NCBI GenBank assembly: GCA_963777605.1
Contig: CAVZRV010000026.1
Coordinates: 1 to 13,718, forward strand
Origin: an uncultured Acidobacteriota bacterium
Lineage (GTDB): Bacteria; Acidobacteriota; UBA6911; RPQK01; JAPXNP01
Direction of reading: 5' to 3'
DNA length: 13,718 bases
Part shown: in pieces, positions 10,124-13,718 of the stretch
Numbering within the stretch: the stretch's first letter is position 1
Layout: every line of letters starts with the position of its first letter
The notes under the pieces: generated by a model
Told to the model about the DNA's origin: nothing
Seen by the model: the letters and a program-made list of their open reading frames with translations, nothing else
Database searches by the model: none
Position numbers and translations under genes: made by a program

Positions 10124-11301
10124 TCGGGCACCACCGGAAATGTCGTCAACAGGGCTCCGCTTTGCTTGAGTGCGATGGCGGCAACGGCCTCCGATGCCAC
10201 CACCTGTATGAACCCGTTAAAGGCCTGCTGGGCAGGGATTTCGCTGAAGAACTCGCTGGCAAAACGCGGTACGTGCTCTCCGGGCGACAGGTTCAAGGAC
10301 CGGCTGCCGATGATCTGGCCGTCCGGCCGGTGCAGAGTCAGGGTCAACTGGATACTGGTCCGGCTCGTGTTGGCAAACGCGATCCCGGTGTTCGAAAGCC
10401 CGGGCTCAACCAGAATTGGCACCTTGAAGTGAGTCAGCAGCAGAGAGGCTCCCACTCCGGTTTCAGCGGTGGTCGTTCCGGCACTGTTGCGGGACGAAAA
10501 GAGCAACGTACCTCCAATGGGGGCGGTTGCCCGAATTTCGGCGTATCCGATACCCAGAGCGCCGGAGGCATCCGTCTCCATGAAGACCGATTCCTGGGAT
10601 CCCAGCGCAAATGGGAACACCGAGCCAGCCCGCCCATCCTGGAGTTGAACAACTAAAGGAGATCCATCGGACCGATACAACCGCACTTCGGCGTCGGTAG
10701 CGAGGCCGCTCGAATTTGGCGAAAATCAGCGTCGTGCGAAAGCTGCCGCCGGGATAGGATCCGTCAACAACCTGGGGAAAGAAGAGATCATTCACTCAAC
10801 GCCGGCGCCAACGACCCAGCGCCCAAGGTCAAATTCCCGGAAACCGGCTGGACCTCCACCCGATTTCCCAGCCGATCAGAAGCCAGGACGTTTGACAACT
10901 GGGACAGGGATCTGCACCCCGTTTGGAATGCCTGCCTGCAGGTTCACCCTCAACTGCAGAAGTGTCCCCCTGTCTGCCCCGAACTCGCTCGAGGACGCTG
11001 ACGAAACCAGGATTCTTGCCGACCCGTTTCGACGTTCAAATCCCAGAGTGTGGTCGGGCAGGAGAGATCCAGCAATCCAGAAGTCTTCCGCGGGCAGCGT
11101 CAAGCGGGAGTCGAGACCAAGCGTCAACTCGATCGCGGAGATGCCGGCTCCGCCTTCCAGGATGACAGGCACCACCAATTCCGTTCCTGCTGGTAAGGAA
11201 AGGGTCGGACCGTGAGTTGCGCCTGACCAAGTGCATGACTGCCAAGGCACAGCAACACCTCAGCAAAAAGGAAAGCCGAGCAGTCTTCCGGTCGCTGCCA
11301 T
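10120..11301 (-). CDS. Gene A: small secreted cohesin-domain protein with the conserved C-terminal module (minimal anchoring scaffoldin-like), ~390 aa, about 5 frameshifts
   Basis: ATG at 11301 gives MAATGRLL|AFLFAEVLLCLGSHALGQAQLTV (signal peptide). The cohesin is in ORF 10876..11250, followed by NDLFFPQVVDG...TTLIFA|NSSGLATDAEVRLYRSDGSP...ALKQSGALLTTFPVVPE. The stop is inferred at ~10120; as written the frame runs on into gene B. Confidence 0.72.
10125..10795 (-). other. Conserved ~225-aa C-terminal module of gene A
   Basis: NDLFFPQVVDG..GGSFRTTLIFAN...RSDGSP...GYAEI..TAPIGGTLLF...ETGVG...SNTGIAFAN...ALKQSGALLTTFPV is colinear with the gene B tail. Confidence 0.8.
10830..11215 (-). other. 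Cohesin-like domain in gene A
   Basis: LPAGTELVVPVILEGGAGISAIELTLGLDSRLTL...AGSLLPDHTL...ARILVSS...RGTLLQLRV...LSNVLASDRLGN aligns by eye along its whole length with the gene B cohesin (VPV.(L/I)EGG.G(I/V)SA...TL, AG.L...HTL, SD..GN). Confidence 0.72.
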
Positions 11302-11344
11302 GAACAGTTCCAGCTCGTCGCGGTGACGATTTACCTGCTCGGAC

Positions 11345-11500
11345 CCCAATTCATTCAAACAATCGGATAAGAATGCGGTCAGTCTAGCGGACGCAGAAGG
11401 AATCCGCCAGTATTTACCTGGAAATTCAATTGAAAGAGGTGGATAACTTGGACAATCTGGAAATTTGGAGCTGTGTTGCCGGGATTGCCATTGGAGCCAA
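11345..11500. promoter_or_regulatory. AT-rich putative promoter/operator region upstream of the gene A-B-C cluster
   Basis: Local drop in GC content. Contains the perfect palindrome TTCAATTGAA (11425-11434) and direct repeats CTGGAAATT (11418-11426, 11457-11465) and TTGGAGC (11465-11471, 11491-11497). Confidence 0.35.
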
Positions 11501-11878
11501 AGCTAACTCGTCTTTCCGTGCAAAATCCGTCAGCGGGCACACGAAACCCCCGGGCAAAGCCTCCGGCGGGGGCCAAACCCCTAACCCCATCCAGTAATTA
11601 CGAACGTGTCGGAAAAAGTGCGAAGAAGCCCCGTAAAGAAAGGAAAAAGACGGCAAAGGCCCCGTTTTTGAAGGCATTGGCAGCGAAGGGGCCACCGGGG
11701 AGAAAGGATGCAGAAACAATCCAGGGCGAGACGCTTCTCTGCCCGAGTTTGGAGACCACACCCCAAGGTCTGGCGTTCGCCCTCTCCCCCAGTTCGGAGG
11801 CTTCCCGCCGGAACGACCAAAGCAAACTTCAGCCTCCCGGTGATCCACCTCGCAGTCACGTTTCGGTATGAATTTGAA

Positions 11879-12952
11879 TTAGCGCTCGACCGACAGCAGC
11901 GCCCCTCTGGTGGCTATCAGTAGTGCCTGGGAGTCGGCTACTACTCCGGCTTCTGCGATGACGGTGACATCGACGATCTCGGCTTTCGAGGTTCTGGGCC
12001 GGGAGTTGCCTTTCAGCGTAATCCTGGCGTTGGTGTCGTCCACCCTCTCAACAGCGCCCAAACCGACGCCGGGAGGAAGATTCTCAACGGACCAACGGCC
12101 TCGGGTCAACGTCTTCGCGAACTTCCCGTTGGTCAACTTTACGTTCACGATCCCGCCATCTTCCTGGCCCAGCCTGATGGGAGCCGACTGGGAAAGCTTC
12201 ATCGAAGGAGCCTTCGGATTCCGGCGATAGTACCGCACGTAATCGACCTTCCAATAGGCGGGCAACTGGTTGTCCGATTGCCGGACGTCTCCGGCCCAGC
12301 CATCGTACTTGGCCTCGAGTGTCAGGTAGATCCAGTTCGGCTTGTCTGCGGTCATCGTCCGTGTGATCCAGGTTCTCTGGTCGTCCACGAAGAAATCAAA
12401 CCCTTTCTCGTGCCAGTCACCCGCAAACAGGTGCCAATCCGAACGGGATCCCTTGAATTGCACGCGGGCCCCTTCCCACTTGTGCCCGGTTCCGCTGCCC
12501 TGGTGAATATTGTGCTCGACGATATCGTTTCGGTACGGGTCTTCCATGAAGTCCACCTCGGCACCGTCGTAGTTGGGGTTGTACGATTCCCTGCCCCACA
12601 ACCAGAATGCCCCCCAGTAGCCGGGAACGGTGCTGAGATCGGCACGGGCTTCGTAGTAGCCCCACTGGAACGATTCCTTCGTCCGGATGAAACCGAGGTG
12701 GTACTTGCCGTCCTCCGCCTTCCGGAGACGCAGGACCAGGTGCCCCTCGCCGTCGAGGTAACTGTCGTCCGGGTCGTTGAAGGCGTTTCGACGGTCGCCC
12801 TCCTCGCACGTCCAGACGTCCCAATTGAGTTGCTTGCCGTTGAACTCGTCGTGGAAGACCAACTCCCAGCCGTCGCCGGGAGGGTCGGCAAGAAGGGGAA
12901 TCGCGGACAGAATAAGGCCCAGCATCAGGAATCGCACCGGGGAGTTCTTCAT
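11879..12952 (-). CDS. Secreted glycoside hydrolase family 16 protein (357 aa) with a C-terminal beta-sandwich module
   Basis: Signal peptide MKNSPVRFLMLGLILSAIPLLA. GH16 motifs WELVFHDEFNG, FQWGYYEAR, GYWGAFWL, catalytic EVDFME (E-x-D-x-x-E), WHLFAGDW, FFVD and VDYVRYY. No frameshift seen. The true start is ATG 12952 rather than 13303. Confidence 0.92.
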   Translation of the reverse strand: MKNSPVRFLMLGLILSAIPLLADPPGDGWELVFHDEFNGKQLNWDVWTCEEGDRRNAFNDPDDSYLDGEGHLVLRLRKAEDGKYHLGFIRTKESFQWGYYEARADLSTVPGYWGAFWLWGRESYNPNYDGAEVDFMEDPYRNDIVEHNIHQGSGTGHKWEGARVQFKGSRSDWHLFAGDWHEKGFDFFVDDQRTWITRTMTADKPNWIYLTLEAKYDGWAGDVRQSDNQLPAYWKVDYVRYYRRNPKAPSMKLSQSAPIRLGQEDGGIVNVKLTNGKFAKTLTRGRWSVENLPPGVGLGAVERVDDTNARITLKGNSRPRTSKAEIVDVTVIAEAGVVADSQALLIATRGALLSVER

Positions 12953-12958
12953 CCCAGA

Positions 12959-12987
12959 AAAGTACCACCAGGTTCTCCGACGCACAA
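12959..12987 (-). promoter_or_regulatory. Putative sigma70-type promoter for a leaderless GH16 mRNA
   Basis: On the minus strand: TTGTGC, a 17-nt spacer ending in TGG (extended -10 TGn), TACTTT, 6 nt, then ATG. There is no Shine-Dalgarno before the ATG. Confidence 0.55.
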
Positions 12988-13256
12988 CCGCTAACCGGCA
13001 CTTACGTCGGCGCCGACCTCCTAATTTCCGAGTCCCAAGCCGGAGGGTCCCCGGCAGTGCCGTATCATTCAAAAAGCGCGACTTGGCCCGCCGTACCCGG
13101 GGACGCGGCTTCGCCTTACCCCGGCTCTGTGTGAGGCGCCATCCTTTTGAACTCACCCCCTTCTCCAGCACCGATTTCGTCCAGCCCCATAAAAGACTTC
13201 CGCTCAACATCGGGCAATCCCTTGATGACGCCACCTCCCGATTCCCGGATTCTCCT

Positions 13257-13646
13257 TCACCGGTGGGACTTCTTCGCGGCGGCTTTGACCAGCATCTCTT
13301 CAACTCGAAACCTCACAATCCTGGCGATCAGTTCAAATGGAATCGGCCGATCGAGGGGGAACTGAACCGCGCCCTTGGACCACTTGTAGTCAGTGAACTC
13401 GTCCTGGAAGTTCCTGATCCCGGATGCGGTCGGGTCAACCCGATGTGATTCTTGTGCGCCGCAAAGTGAACCAGGTTCCCACGCAGGGAAAAGGTCGGCA
13501 TTTGATAGCTGATGGTTTCTCCCGGCGTCGGGCGCAGGGCCTTCTTAATAGTCTGCCTGATCTCTCTGAGGATTTCCTGGGTCGGCCGACGGGAAACCGG
13601 CAATGTACTGGTCAATGGTCGATGGGGGCGTTTCGTCAGATTTCAT
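13257..13646 (-). CDS. DUF1801 / YdhG-like (iron chaperone family) protein, ~129 aa, with two compensating frameshifts
   Basis: MKSDETPPSTIDQYIAGFP|..TQEILREIRQTIKKA...ETISYQMPTFSLRGNLVHFAAHKNHIG|.PTASGIRNFQDEFTDYKWSKGAVQFPLDRPIPFELIARIVRFRVEE...TGA. A strong RBS, AAGGAGG, lies just upstream of ATG 13646. Confidence 0.88.
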
Positions 13647-13649
13647 AAG

Positions 13650-13665
13650 CCTCCTTTCGAAGGAG
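13650..13665 (-). promoter_or_regulatory. Shine-Dalgarno (AAGGAGG) of the DUF1801 gene, embedded in a short hairpin
   Basis: The minus strand reads CTCCTT-CGA-AAGGAG-G-CTT-ATG. Confidence 0.6.
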
Positions 13666-13718
13666 AAGGACGTGGGGATGCAGGCTTTGTGGGACACTTG
13701 AAACCAACGGGAAAAGGA

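Noticed and set aside
10785-10800. Gene A being two separate genes (TGA after the cohesin, GTG start at 10795)
   Set aside because: The downstream part would lack a signal peptide, and the equivalent linker in gene B reads straight into the tail. A single indel explains it.
11438-11446. Near-DnaA box TTATCCACC on the minus strand
   Set aside because: A single 8/9 match with no cluster and no replication genes nearby.
11483-11502. TTGGCTCCAATGGCAA (minus strand) as a sigma54 promoter
   Set aside because: GG-to-GC spacing is 8 nt instead of the required 10.
11520-11600. GCAAAGCCTCCGG (11554-11566) resembles the core of c-di-GMP-I riboswitches
   Set aside because: It is on the plus strand, opposite to the downstream genes. 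The preceding GAAA-capped stem and the downstream pairing strand are not evident. An Infernal search with the c-di-GMP-I model would settle it.
11796-11837. Inverted repeat GGAGGCT/AGCCTCC downstream of GH16 as a terminator
   Set aside because: The 28-nt loop and absence of a U-tract do not fit an intrinsic terminator.
29-12952. A true cellulosome locus
   Set aside because: There is only one cohesin per protein, no CBM3-type scaffoldin, and the only recognisable hydrolase (GH16) has no dockerin.
12953-13303. 117-aa N-terminal extension of the GH16 ORF (start 13303)
   Set aside because: Arg-rich and not protein-like, overlaps the DUF1801 gene end, and lies upstream of a clear signal peptide and promoter at 12952-12987.
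1-13718. Numerous plus-strand and alternate-frame ORFs (e.g. 7439..8344, 12278..12994, 11473..11871)
   Set aside because: They are antisense or out-of-frame shadows expected in GC-rich DNA and contain no recognisable motifs. 11473..11871 is intergenic but lacks a convincing start context.

Overview
GC-rich bacterial DNA in which all credible genes lie on the minus strand. The ORF track is fragmented by roughly 20 or more indels, most likely long-read assembly errors. Stitching frames by hand gives five genes, listed in transcription order. (1) A DUF1801/YdhG-like small protein, 13257-13646. (2) A secreted GH16 glycoside hydrolase with an extra C-terminal beta-sandwich module, 11879-12952. (3) Gene A, ~10120-11301: signal peptide, cohesin-like domain and a ~225-aa C-terminal module. 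(4) Gene B, 6929-~10123: signal peptide, SBBP-type seven-repeat beta-propeller, cohesin-like domain and a paralogue of the same C-terminal module. (5) Gene C, 29-6869, about 2,280 aa: signal peptide, seven FG-GAP repeats, CSLREA-like domain, beta-helix, Ig-like repeats, a ~500-aa alpha-helical domain with a hydrophobic core, Asp-rich Ca-binding repeats and a C-terminal dockerin. The main candidate system is a non-cellulosomal cohesin-dockerin surface assembly: two cohesin-bearing proteins sharing a putative anchoring tail, encoded next to a giant dockerin-bearing cargo protein. The shared tail recalls proteins I associate with Acidobacteriota, but that assignment is unverified. All domain calls are by eye, not from database searches.
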